This document shows positions 36,963 through 45,985 of a stretch of 64,000 nucleotides of DNA, piece after piece. How positions within the stretch are numbered: position 1 is the first letter of the stretch; every line of letters begins with the position of its first letter. Both the position numbers and the translations under genes were made by a program. Source of the stretch: Eubacteriales bacterium (GTDB lineage Bacteria; Bacillota; Clostridia; Oscillospirales; CAG-272). Under the pieces are notes generated by a model. That model saw only the letters and a program-made list of their open reading frames with translations. It did no database searches and had not been told where the DNA came from. The stretch is from assembly GCA_045632345.1 (NCBI GenBank), contig JAZQWM010000082.1:26220-90219 (forward strand), in the 5' to 3' direction.

Positions 36963-37550
36963 TTATGCTATAACCTTGATTTCAACATGCTCAGCATGCT
37001 CCTTTACCTTTTTGGCAAATGCTACTGCGCTTACAAAATCGCTTGGTCTTATGGTAATTTCCGCTTTTAAATCTTCCTTTTCGTCTATAACCACGCCGCT
37101 GAACAGTGAGGTATTATCCGTTGCGAATACCACAAGCTTTTTAGACACCCAAATACATTTTATATCCTCATAATTTATTCTGTATTCCTTGCCGTAGTGA
37201 TAGCATACAAGCTTTTCGTCAATGAACGTATAAAATGAGCATTCTCCCCCTACCGTTACGCAGTTTTCAAGATACGTTTGGCTTGATTTTCCTCTATACA
37301 TAGCAACGATAACGCCTAGCTTTTCTAGATAGCTTACAAGCTCAAGGACTAAGCTCATATCCTTTTTCTTAAAGCTTACGTAGGTATCGTTTACGTTGAT
37401 ATATCCCTTTGACAAAAATCCCGGCTTTTTAATGAACACGCTTTCAATTTTGCCAAACGTAAACCTGTTTGCTTCGTACGTTCTTGTGATTAGTCCATCT
37501 GCACCAAGCTCAATGGAGCTGCCTGTTTAAAATTCAAATTTTTTACTCAT
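36963..37550 (-). pseudogene. hypothetical protein gene with an in-frame TAA at codon 8 (37527-37529)
   Basis: ATG 37550 has an AAGAGG RBS. The frame reads MSKKFEF*TGSSIELGADGLITRTYEANRFTFGKIES and runs straight into track ORF 36963-37439, which starts on a GTG with no RBS. Confidence 0.65.
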
Positions 37551-37627
37551 ATAGCTTACCTCTTAAAAATAATTAGGTTGTCTTAATAATATCATAAATT
37601 ATTAAGCACAGCCTTTGTTTTTTCCAA

Positions 37628-37657
37628 ATAAAAAGGCACCGTGTCTCCGATGCCTCT
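37628..37657 (-). terminator. terminator-like hairpin + T-run downstream of the esterase gene
   Basis: On the minus strand, aggcatcgg...ccggtgcct-like stem followed by TTTTTATTT. Confidence 0.5.
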
Positions 37658-37676
37658 TATCATTTATACCGTTATC

Positions 37677-38543
37677 TTAACGGCTTTTATATTCCTTTAA
37701 AATTTCGCCTGCTACGTAATCGTTTACTCTGCCCTGGTAGTGGATTAAGTCCCAACGGAAAATGTTACAGTCCCACGCGTATTCGTCATAAAGCGGGCAA
37801 GTCCTTACATCGTAAACTGACGCGTTTTTCATTTCCTTAGCAAGAATATCAAAGGTGTCATTGATATAATGCATGCTCTCAAGACGGCTTCCGCCGTCCT
37901 CTTTATCACGGTTAGCAAATACCTTATTAAATGGGAAGCGGTGGAATACTACGGGCGCATCACAACCGATAGCAGAGCGAATACCACCGAAGATTTCAAG
38001 ATACGTATCCTTTAAAAACGTCTCTAATTTAGACACAGGGTAGTCTGTTTCCTGCTCTCCTCCACGCCAATGTATGCCTACATAGTCAGGCTCTAGCTCA
38101 TTTGCTTCCATGTACTTTTTAAAGAGTGTTAGCACGTGAATAGCAAGAGGATACATGGAAATATCACAATCTCCAAGCTTACCTCTTATCATTTTTGGCG
38201 CACGCTTAGGGTCCCACATACCTGTAACCCCCTGTGAGCCAATAGCTATATGAATAATATAAAGGTCAGGTAATTCTACGCCGCTATCAATATCATTTTG
38301 CCAATGCTTAGCAAGGCAGTTTGCTATGGAATATGTGTTATCCTGTGTCTCTGCAAGATTCATACCGTAGCTTGTATAACCTGTAAACTTTAATTTTTCT
38401 GTATCGTATGATTGGTTAGGCTCTCTATTTAAGCCCCATACATTTTTAAGAGGCACTTTAATAATATCCTCTTCACTCATAGGCATAGCGTGGCCAACTG
38501 CATTTGATTGACCGAATAACATAAAAATAGCAATTTTTTTCAT
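37677..38543 (-). CDS. sialate O-acetylesterase-like (DUF303/SGNH-type) carbohydrate esterase
   Basis: N-terminal GQSNAVGH motif. The true start is probably ATG 38543 (MKKIAIFMLFGQSN), preceded by the shared leader TGACTGAAAGGAACGAA. The track's 26 extra codons translate repeat DNA. Confidence 0.7.
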   Translation of the reverse strand: MKKIAIFMLFGQSNAVGHAMPMSEEDIIKVPLKNVWGLNREPNQSYDTEKLKFTGYTSYGMNLAETQDNTYSIANCLAKHWQNDIDSGVELPDLYIIHIAIGSQGVTGMWDPKRAPKMIRGKLGDCDISMYPLAIHVLTLFKKYMEANELEPDYVGIHWRGGEQETDYPVSKLETFLKDTYLEIFGGIRSAIGCDAPVVFHRFPFNKVFANRDKEDGGSRLESMHYINDTFDILAKEMKNASVYDVRTCPLYDEYAWDCNIFRWDLIHYQGRVNDYVAGEILKEYKSR

Positions 38544-38574
38544 TTCGTTCCTTTCAGTCACTTCATTCAAGGAG

Positions 38575-39112
38575 TCAGGGGACAGGGGTTCGCTTCGCTC
38601 ACAGGGATAGTTAGTAAACAATTTTTTATAACTAATCCACAGCTATCTCGCATTTTTCCAAATCACCTGAATAAATCCTACCTTTAAAGTGCATTTAATC
38701 ATTTAGACTTAATTTTTTCACTATTGCATTTATTAGTTTAGCTACTTCTTTACAACCTTGCATAACAGTATCTACTGTTTCTTCTTTTTCAAAATAGCCA
38801 AGCATTTTACAAATTTCTAACTGTGTTTCAAGTTCTGCTCTTGACGCATTTGCGATAAATAAAAACTGTATGTATTCCTTTGTGCTTCTTCGCTCGTATC
38901 CTTCTGCAATGTTGGAAGGAATAGAAATAACGCTTCTTCTCATTTGATCTGCTAAAGCAAACCTCTCATTGTTTGGTAATTGATTTATAAGCCCATATGT
39001 ATCTTTTACCAAATCCATTGCTTTTTGCCAAACCACTAAATCTCTATAATCTCTCATAAACTAATCCCCCTGTGAGCAAGGCGAACCCCTGTCTCCTGTC
39101 CCTTGTCCCCTG
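38575..39112 (-). mobile_element. inverted-repeat-bounded cassette carrying a four-helix-bundle gene (IVS-like / MITE-like element)
   Basis: Left arm is tcaggggacaggggttcgcttcgctcacaggg (38575-38606). The reverse complement of the right arm (39066-39112) is caggggacaagggacaggagacaggggttcgccttgctcacaggggg. The core of about 25 nt matches with 2 mismatches. Confidence 0.65.
38695..39057 (-). CDS. four-helix-bundle protein (23S rRNA intervening-sequence protein family, Avd-like)
   Basis: MRDYRDLVVWQKAMDLV...ISIPSNIAEGYERRSTKEYIQFL...ELETQLEI matches the family signature closely. Its RBS (AGGGGG) lies inside the cassette arm. Confidence 0.9.
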   Translation of the reverse strand: MRDYRDLVVWQKAMDLVKDTYGLINQLPNNERFALADQMRRSVISIPSNIAEGYERRSTKEYIQFLFIANASRAELETQLEICKMLGYFEKEETVDTVMQGCKEVAKLINAIVKKLSLND

Positions 39113-39277
39113 TTATACTATTTCATAAGAAAACATTTCGTACTTCAAATGTGTGCCAATATCAACGCCCTCAGGCAATAATGCCATTGCGATAAATATT
39201 TCGTTTTCTGTGTTTTCCTCAAGTATGTAGGCGTATTCGCCCTCAATTTTTGTAACTACATAGTATTTTGTTTCCAT
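39113..39277 (-). CDS. small protein, DUF3006-like (54 aa; not in the ORF track)
   Basis: AGGGAG RBS. METKYYVVTKIEGEYAYILEE...LLPEGVDIGTHL resembles the DUF3006 pattern. Confidence 0.55.
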   Translation of the reverse strand: METKYYVVTKIEGEYAYILEENTENEIFIAMALLPEGVDIGTHLKYEMFSYEIV

Positions 39278-39298
39278 AATTTCTCCCTTTAGTACGAT

Positions 39299-39454
39299 TT
39301 ATAGCATACCGCTATTTGTAATACAAATTATAAAACCGATTATAGCCAGTCCTATCGCTATTCCAGCCACGATAAGTAATGCTTTTTCTCGTTTTTTAGA
39401 TTTTTGATATTGCTCGTTTTCCTCTGGTACTTCCTTAAATAGAAGCTCGCTCAT
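39299..39454 (-). CDS. small single-TM membrane protein (51 aa; not in the ORF track)
   Basis: Its ATG overlaps the upstream TGA (ATGA coupling). Hydrophobic segment LLIVAGIAIGLAIIGFIICI. Confidence 0.5.
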   Translation of the reverse strand: MSELLFKEVPEENEQYQKSKKREKALLIVAGIAIGLAIIGFIICITNSGML

Positions 39455-40050
39455 TTTTTCGATTTTCCCTTCTTGCATTTTTTGAAAATCGCTATAATAC
39501 CTAACATGATTAATATAGGTAAAATAAGCACAACTCCACCGATAAGCATAGCAAGGTCGCCATCTATGTCGGTTAAATTAAACAATGATAAAACACCACA
39601 GCCGATAGAAAAAAACACCAATGACAACACAATTTCCAAAAGTCCTTCTGAAATTTCGCCGTTTATGATTGATTTTATGTTTGCAAAATATTCTCCGCTT
39701 CGCATATCCTTTCTATCGGTTTTGTGGTTGGATAATGCTTTTTTGGTGTATGCTTTTTTATGGTCCTTAAAGAATATTCTTTCATCTCTTTCAAGCTTAA
39801 ATCTGCCTTGAAAATATCTTAATGAGTATCCGTAGTTGTAGCCATTTAAGTAAAAATAAAATGTTGCTTTTTCACATTCCTTGTGCATTAGCACAGATGC
39901 TTCAAAGGAATAAGTGCCTGCATAAAGAGTAATAAGTCTTTTCTTTTCCTGCTCCCTTAAAAACTCAAATACCTCTTTTGATGTAGAACGAAAAACGGCG
40001 TTATCAAAATCCTTTTCAAATTTTTCTCTTGCCATTACCCTTTCATCCAT
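39451..40050 (-). CDS. hypothetical protein with C-terminal TM helices
   Basis: AGAGGTG RBS favours ATG 40050 over the track GTG 40059. Confidence 0.65.
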   Translation of the reverse strand: MDERVMAREKFEKDFDNAVFRSTSKEVFEFLREQEKKRLITLYAGTYSFEASVLMHKECEKATFYFYLNGYNYGYSLRYFQGRFKLERDERIFFKDHKKAYTKKALSNHKTDRKDMRSGEYFANIKSIINGEISEGLLEIVLSLVFFSIGCGVLSLFNLTDIDGDLAMLIGGVVLILPILIMLGIIAIFKKCKKGKSKK

Positions 40051-40172
40051 ATTTTTCACCTCTTTATCTTATTGTAGCACAAAATAAGATGAAAATAAAT
40101 ATCAAAAAGTGCAAAATAGAAGTGTTTATTTTGCATTTTTTGCAAAATAGATATGTCTTTTTTTGCATTTAA

Positions 40173-40916
40173 TTATGAAATGAATTTTGATTTATAATTT
40201 TCAAAAAGAGAGGATATATCGTTTTCGCAAACTACAATATCAACATCATCAAGGGTGGCAAGGTCGCTAATGCAGGGCTCTCCGATTTTATGAGAGTCAA
40301 GGAGCAAAACAACCTTTTTTGACCTTGACATCATAGATTTGCGAATGATGTTTTCCTGTATGGAATTGTCGGTTAAGTGTCCGTTAATCGTTAAATTTGA
40401 CACAGAGAAAAAGCAAATATCCGCATTAAATGACTTTACAAAATTTTCTGCATAGCTACCAACTAAAGCATAAGCATTTGTGGCAAGCTCTCCACCGCAA
40501 ACGAAAACCTTTGCATCGGTTTCTGCAAGCAGGACAGGTGCTTTTGCGTTATTGGTAATAATTACAAGTGATTTTTTTGCTCCTATAATTCTTAAAAGCG
40601 GCAACACGGTAGATGAGCCATCTATCATAACAGTATCGCCATCGTTTATAAGATGCAAGCATTTTTGAGCAATTGCGATTTTAGCATCAACATTCTCTCT
40701 TTCACGAAAATCCTGTGGTAAATTCACTCCCGGCTCACTTCTGTAAATTGCTCCACCGTGAGTTCTTATAAGCTTTTTTGCATTATGTAATTTTGTTAAA
40801 TCGCGGCGCATAGTTGCTTCACTTACAAATAGCACCTTGCATAAATCCTCAACGCTTGCTTCCTTATGCTCCTTTAAATATTCAAGTATAGCAAGCTCTC
40901 TTTCCTTAAAAGCCAT
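40173..40916 (-). CDS. DeoR/GlpR-family transcriptional regulator
   Basis: N-terminal DeoR HTH (RELAILEYLKEHKEASVEDLCKVLFVSEATMRRDL) and C-terminal sugar-phosphate-binding domain. Confidence 0.9.
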   Translation of the reverse strand: MAFKERELAILEYLKEHKEASVEDLCKVLFVSEATMRRDLTKLHNAKKLIRTHGGAIYRSEPGVNLPQDFRERENVDAKIAIAQKCLHLINDGDTVMIDGSSTVLPLLRIIGAKKSLVIITNNAKAPVLLAETDAKVFVCGGELATNAYALVGSYAENFVKSFNADICFFSVSNLTINGHLTDNSIQENIIRKSMMSRSKKVVLLLDSHKIGEPCISDLATLDDVDIVVCENDISSLFENYKSKFIS

Positions 40917-41091
40917 TTTTCTATTCCTTTCATTGATTGTTGATTGTCTAAGAGTGATTGAATAATCATATTTTTGCTTGGTATAATCATAAATTGCACA
41001 TATTTTTCAATAAAATAATATGATATTGACAAAAACGGTCAAAAGTATTATAACATAAGTATAATATATAATCAAGTACAAGGAGAAAAAG

Positions 41092-44000
41092 ATGAGAAAC
41101 AAATTAAGAAAAGCGGTTGCGCTATTTTTGGCGGTGCTAATGCTTTTACCTTTAGTGCTTACTTGTGTTAGTGCAAGTAGTGGCGTTTACGATCCAACGT
41201 CAGAGGAAACGAAAAAGCTTGGCGCTACCTTTGATAGCAAAACTACGGCAAAAATGGAAAAGATTTTGCCATCTCTTCCTTACACCTATGAGGCGGAAAT
41301 TCAAATTAACAATTCTGCCCGTGGCGGTGTAATTTTAGGCAACTATTCCGGTAAGGGCTACTCTATTAGCTTTGAAATCGATACTAACGGTAACCCTCGT
41401 ATTTATGCGGCGTATGGAAACGATAACACAAGCACTACTTTTAAAAACGTTAGCGTTTTATCAACTGAGCTTGTTAGATTAACTATTACCGTTGATAAAG
41501 AAAAAAATATGGCACATTGCTACATTAACGGTGATTTAAAGCAATCATTACCATTCAGCTTTGAAAAAATTGGAAACACCATTCCAACCGGCAAGTGTTT
41601 AATGGTAGGCGGTGACCACCGTAATAACAATACCGTGCCTTTCCTTGGTCAAATTAAGAGTGTTTACGCATATAGTGATATGCGTACCGCTGATGAAGTA
41701 GCTAAAGGTACAGATTTAAACGATGATAACCTTTTAGTGGCTTATGAATTTATGCAATCAGGCGGTAAAAACCTTTCAAAATATGAAGGCTATGACCTTG
41801 TTACAACTGATTGGAAGCTTGATATTGCAGGCGAAAACGCGTTAACGTTTTCCGCCAACAATACTTATCAAGTAATTAAACCATTTGAAGAGCCGGGCTT
41901 AACCTATGAAGCGTTAGTTTACTTCCCACAAAGCTCCGACAACTCAAGAGGTGGCGTTGTGCTTGGTAACTACGAAACCGGTACAAACAAATGTATCAAC
42001 TTTGAGTTTAAAGAAAACGGCAACCCAAGACTTTATTTTGAGCTTGGCGGATACAGTAACGCAAGAGACTTCCACTTTAAAGAAATTGACGTAAGACAAA
42101 GCAGATTTGTTTTCGTTACAATTACAGTTGACCCAGCAAAGGGCGAGGGCAAATGCTATATTGACGGTGAGCTTGCACAAACCATAACGTTAAACCCATT
42201 TACAATCTCAGAAGTAGCTTATGAAAAAGCAATGTACCTTGGTAGAGATATAAGAACTACCGACGGTTACCCATTTAAGGGTGCTATTAAAAATCTTGCG
42301 GTATATAGCAACATTCGTACAGCTTCCGAAATTAAAGCGGATATGAACGAATTTAACGAAAATGACAACAACGTTATTGCAATGTACGAGTTTAACACCG
42401 ACACCGGTAGAAGAGATATAAGCGGTAACGGTTATCATATTTGTTATAACGGTGAAACAAAGCCTAATGATGACTTCAATCCTGACGTGCCTGAAAATCC
42501 TGACACACCGGATGAACCCGATACACCGGTTGATCCCGACACTCCAGATGAGCCTGACACACCAGATGAGCCAGACACACCTATCGAATTTGACGGCTTA
42601 ACCTTTACCTCAAATGATTTTGCTATTGTTGGTAAGACGTTCCCATTAGACAGCGAAGGACTTACCTTCGAGGCGGTTATTCAGCTTTCAAAGGACGTTA
42701 CAAATCGTGGCGGTATTATTTTAGGTAACTATAAGGATACTAATCACTTTGTAAACTTTGAAATTGTCAAAAACGGTGTTCCAAGACTTTGTATAACAAG
42801 CTATGGTAGCGTTGGCACAAGACACGATTTTCAATTCACAGGCGTTGACGTAAGAGGGGATAAGCCTGTGCATTTAGCCATCACTCTTGATAAAACAACA
42901 GGCCATGCGATTTGCTATATTAACGGTGAATTTGCAGGAAAGATAGAATCAAAAAAAGAAATTGCTCTTAACCCAGGCGTTAACGATTACTATATGATTA
43001 TCGGTAACGACCTACGAACAAACGACTTCCAAAACTTCAAGGGCGTTATCGGCTCTGTGGCAGTTTATACCGACGTAAGAAATGAAAACGAAATCAGATT
43101 AGACGCAAAAGGAATTAATCTTGAAAGCGATAACCTTGAAATGTACTTTAATTTAGCAGGCTTAGAAACTGGCGATAATATCGCCGACTTAAGCGGCAAC
43201 GGTTACGATGCTAAATATGGCACAAGAGTACAAGCGGAAAAATCTAACTGGATTTACAAGGATGAGGTTAAGGATTACCTTTACTCCTTTGCAGTTGTGG
43301 GCGATACTCAAATTATCGCAAACAGATACGGCAGCAGCTTTGGTAAGATTTACGATTGGATTTTAAATAACCAAGTATCTAAAAAGATTGCATACGTATT
43401 CGGTCTTGGCGACATTACCGACGGAAATAGCGCAAACGAATGGGCGCTTGCTAAAGAGCATATTTTAAATAAGCTTACAGGCATTATCCCTTACTCAGTT
43501 GTAAGAGGTAACCACGACGGCAAGACTCAAATTAATAACGTTTTCGCAACAGAAGAATATATGAGCCAATTTGACGGCTTCTACGCTGAAAACGATATTA
43601 CAAACTCATATAGATTCTTTGAAATTGCAGACACTAAGTATCTCTTTATCACACTTGACTACGGCGCAAATGATGATATTCTTAACTGGGCAGGGGAAAT
43701 TATTAAAGCAAACCCAGACAGAAAGGTAATTATCACAACCCACGCATACCTATATAGAGACGGTACAACTCTTGACCAAAAAGATGTTTGCCCACCTGCA
43801 ACAACAGGCGGCTCAAACAACGGCGACCATATGTGGGATAAGCTTATCTCAAAATATGAAAATATCTACCTTGTTATGTCAGGACACGACCCATATGCAA
43901 ACGTTGTTGTAACACAAACAGAAGGCGTAAACGGTAACATTGTAACTCAGATTTTAACTGACCATCAAGGCGTTGATACATCAACACCAACAGGTATGGT

Positions 44001-44667
44001 AACAATGCTTTATATAAAAGCAGACGGAAGCATTGAGGTTGAAACCTACTCAACAATTCAAGAAGCATACTACAAGGAAAACAACCAATTTGTAATTGAG
44101 GAAACTGAGCATAGCTATACTGAAAACGTATCATACGCTTATGCAAACGGCTACCTACAAAATGGTGTATTTAGTGCAACCTGTGAGCATTGCGGCAAAG
44201 TGGTTACAAAGGAAATTGCTCCTATAATCGTATTCCACGGATACTCAATAAAAGAGGATAATACCGCGATGTGTGTGGATTATTCGGTAAATTACACCTT
44301 ACTAAACGCTTATGAAAGCGCAAACGGTAAGAGCGTAATTTTAGGTGTTGTTGCATGCGGATATGATAACCTAGTAAACAAGGACGGCAAGCCAATAAAT
44401 GCAGATGGAAGCGTGGCAAGCGTAACTAGCGGAAGAGTTGTAAATAACGTAATTGAAAGCGAATGTACATCCGTTTCACTCATTATGCGCACATCAGACT
44501 GGTCAAAATATGCTGACCTTAACACAATTCTTTGCATGTATATAATTGACGAAAATGGTGTAAGCTACGTTTGCAATGAGGAAATCACAACAGCAAGCGC
44601 AATTTCCGTAACCTATAACGCTATTTTAAACAATCAAAGCAATGAAGGAGGTAATGATAATGAATAA
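41092..44667 (+). CDS. secreted multidomain protein: three LamG/concanavalin-like modules, Pro/Asp/Thr linker, calcineurin-like metallophosphoesterase domain, C-terminal domain
   Basis: Signal peptide; thrice-repeated RGG(V/I)(I/V)LGNY...F(E)(I/F)xxNGxPR(I/L) modules; phosphoesterase motifs (VVGDTQ, GLGDITDG, VRGNHDG). Confidence 0.8.
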   Translation: MRNKLRKAVALFLAVLMLLPLVLTCVSASSGVYDPTSEETKKLGATFDSKTTAKMEKILPSLPYTYEAEIQINNSARGGVILGNYSGKGYSISFEIDTNGNPRIYAAYGNDNTSTTFKNVSVLSTELVRLTITVDKEKNMAHCYINGDLKQSLPFSFEKIGNTIPTGKCLMVGGDHRNNNTVPFLGQIKSVYAYSDMRTADEVAKGTDLNDDNLLVAYEFMQSGGKNLSKYEGYDLVTTDWKLDIAGENALTFSANNTYQVIKPFEEPGLTYEALVYFPQSSDNSRGGVVLGNYETGTNKCINFEFKENGNPRLYFELGGYSNARDFHFKEIDVRQSRFVFVTITVDPAKGEGKCYIDGELAQTITLNPFTISEVAYEKAMYLGRDIRTTDGYPFKGAIKNLAVYSNIRTASEIKADMNEFNENDNNVIAMYEFNTDTGRRDISGNGYHICYNGETKPNDDFNPDVPENPDTPDEPDTPVDPDTPDEPDTPDEPDTPIEFDGLTFTSNDFAIVGKTFPLDSEGLTFEAVIQLSKDVTNRGGIILGNYKDTNHFVNFEIVKNGVPRLCITSYGSVGTRHDFQFTGVDVRGDKPVHLAITLDKTTGHAICYINGEFAGKIESKKEIALNPGVNDYYMIIGNDLRTNDFQNFKGVIGSVAVYTDVRNENEIRLDAKGINLESDNLEMYFNLAGLETGDNIADLSGNGYDAKYGTRVQAEKSNWIYKDEVKDYLYSFAVVGDTQIIANRYGSSFGKIYDWILNNQVSKKIAYVFGLGDITDGNSANEWALAKEHILNKLTGIIPYSVVRGNHDGKTQINNVFATEEYMSQFDGFYAENDITNSYRFFEIADTKYLFITLDYGANDDILNWAGEIIKANPDRKVIITTHAYLYRDGTTLDQKDVCPPATTGGSNNGDHMWDKLISKYENIYLVMSGHDPYANVVVTQTEGVNGNIVTQILTDHQGVDTSTPTGMVTMLYIKADGSIEVETYSTIQEAYYKENNQFVIEETEHSYTENVSYAYANGYLQNGVFSATCEHCGKVVTKEIAPIIVFHGYSIKEDNTAMCVDYSVNYTLLNAYESANGKSVILGVVACGYDNLVNKDGKPINADGSVASVTSGRVVNNVIESECTSVSLIMRTSDWSKYADLNTILCMYIIDENGVSYVCNEEITTASAISVTYNAILNNQSNEGGNDNE
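42481..42583. repeat. in-frame short tandem repeats encoding the PDTPDEPDTP linker
   Basis: cctgacacaccggatgaa / cccgatacaccggttgat / cccgacactccagatgag... degenerate 18-nt units. Confidence 0.8.
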
Positions 44668-44806
44668 ATATATTAAACCGGAATATGATATTTCAATGCT
44701 TCAAGCAAATGACGTTATCACAACCTCAGGCTTTGAGATAAACGAAGATAACGAAAACGATAAGGTTGATTACGTAATCAATCCAGGTAGCATTTTCGGA
44801 TTCTAA
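44660..44806 (+). CDS. small ORF (48 aa; not in the ORF track) overlapping the stop of the LamG gene
   Basis: GGAGG lies 9 nt before ATG 44660. The ORF ends 10 nt before a strong terminator. Peptide: MNKYIKPEYDISMLQANDVITTSGFEINEDNENDKVDYVINPGSIFGF. Confidence 0.5.
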   Translation: MNKYIKPEYDISMLQANDVITTSGFEINEDNENDKVDYVINPGSIFGF

Positions 44807-44816
44807 AATAAAAAAT

Positions 44817-44850
44817 TAGCTCTGCAAGTAATTTGCAGAGCTACTTTTTT
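44817..44850 (+). terminator. rho-independent terminator
   Basis: tagctctgcaa-gtaat-ttgcagagcta followed by CTTTTTT. Confidence 0.9.
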
Positions 44851-44870
44851 GATAATATTAAATATTTTCA

Positions 44871-44899
44871 TTGAAATATAGAATTTTATGTGCTATAAT
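44871..44899 (+). promoter_or_regulatory. putative promoter of pheST (extended -10)
   Basis: TTGAAA-17 nt-TATAAT with TG at -15/-14. Only about 40 nt remain before the pheS RBS, so there is no room for a T-box. Confidence 0.7.
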
Positions 44900-44939
44900 A
44901 CTATGTAAAATATTTTCTTTATAATATAAGGAGTTTAAA

Positions 44940-45977
44940 ATGAAGGAAAAATTAGAAGCGTTGCTTCGCGAAGGCTCTGAAAAAATTCAAGCAGCTAAGA
45001 CAGAAGCAGAATTACAGCAAATAAAAGGCGCATACCTTGGTAAACAAGGCTCTGTTACTGAGCTTATGAAGGAAATGCCTAAAATTGACCCTGCACTCCG
45101 TCCTGAAATGGGCAAGGCTGTAAACAATGTTAAAAATCTTTTAAGTGAGCAAATCGAAGGAAAGCGCGAGGAAATCAAGCTTAAGGCTGACGCTATTCCT
45201 GAGGATTTTGACTATACTCTTCCAGGCATTAAGCCAATGATTGGCGGTTTACATCCAATTACACAAATGTGCTACGACTTAAACGATGCATTCCGTTCAA
45301 TGGGCTTTGAGGTTTTCCACGGTCCTGAAATCACAAGCGAATATTACGCTTTTGATAACCTTAACTTCCCACCAAACCACCCTGCAAGAGAAAGCATGGA
45401 TACGTACTGGCTTGAAGGACACGATTCAGGCAAAGCAAGCGAAAAGCTTTGCTTAAGACCACACTTAACAGGCGGAAGCGTACGCTATATGCAAACACAT
45501 AAGCCACCATACCGCTTTGTATATCCAGGTAGAGTATATAGAAACGAAACTACTGACGCAAGACACGAAAGAGCGTTCTTCCAATACGAAGCGCTTATCG
45601 TTGATAAGGACTTTACATATACAGCAGGAAAGGTAATGATTAAGAGCATTCTTTCCAAGGTATTCGGACAAGACGTTCCTGTAAGAATGAGAGCGGGCTT
45701 CTTCCCATTCGTTGAGCCAGGCTTTGAAATTGATATGGGCTGTCTCGTTTGTGGCGGTAAGGGTTGTAGCGTATGTAAGCACGTTGGTTGGATTGAAATC
45801 ATGCCGGGCGGCACACCACATCCAAACGTACTTCGTTCAGCAGGTCTTGACCCTGATGAATACACAGGCTTCTACGTAAACATCGGTCTTGACCGTCTTG
45901 TTATGATGCGTTACGGCGTTGACGACGTTCGTTTATTCCATAGCACAGACCTTCGTTTCTTGAACCAGTTCAAGTAA
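44940..45977 (+). CDS. pheS: phenylalanine--tRNA ligase alpha subunit
   Basis: Class II aaRS motifs and overall PheS pattern (HPARESMDT..., FPFVEPGFEID...GWIEIMPGG). Confidence 0.97.
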   Translation: MKEKLEALLREGSEKIQAAKTEAELQQIKGAYLGKQGSVTELMKEMPKIDPALRPEMGKAVNNVKNLLSEQIEGKREEIKLKADAIPEDFDYTLPGIKPMIGGLHPITQMCYDLNDAFRSMGFEVFHGPEITSEYYAFDNLNFPPNHPARESMDTYWLEGHDSGKASEKLCLRPHLTGGSVRYMQTHKPPYRFVYPGRVYRNETTDARHERAFFQYEALIVDKDFTYTAGKVMIKSILSKVFGQDVPVRMRAGFFPFVEPGFEIDMGCLVCGGKGCSVCKHVGWIEIMPGGTPHPNVLRSAGLDPDEYTGFYVNIGLDRLVMMRYGVDDVRLFHSTDLRFLNQFK

Positions 45978-45985
45978 ACGTAAAA

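Noticed and set aside
37677-38621. Long N-terminal extensions in track ORFs 37677-38621, 33126-33908, 31186-32109, 57043-59118, 6400-8787 and 17830-18804
   Set aside because: In each case an internal ATG has a proper Shine-Dalgarno sequence. The extension either translates repeat DNA or overlaps an opposite-strand gene or promoter.
44852-44939. T-box leader upstream of pheS
   Set aside because: The region is only about 90 nt and is occupied by a consensus promoter and RBS. There is no GGUGGUACC core.
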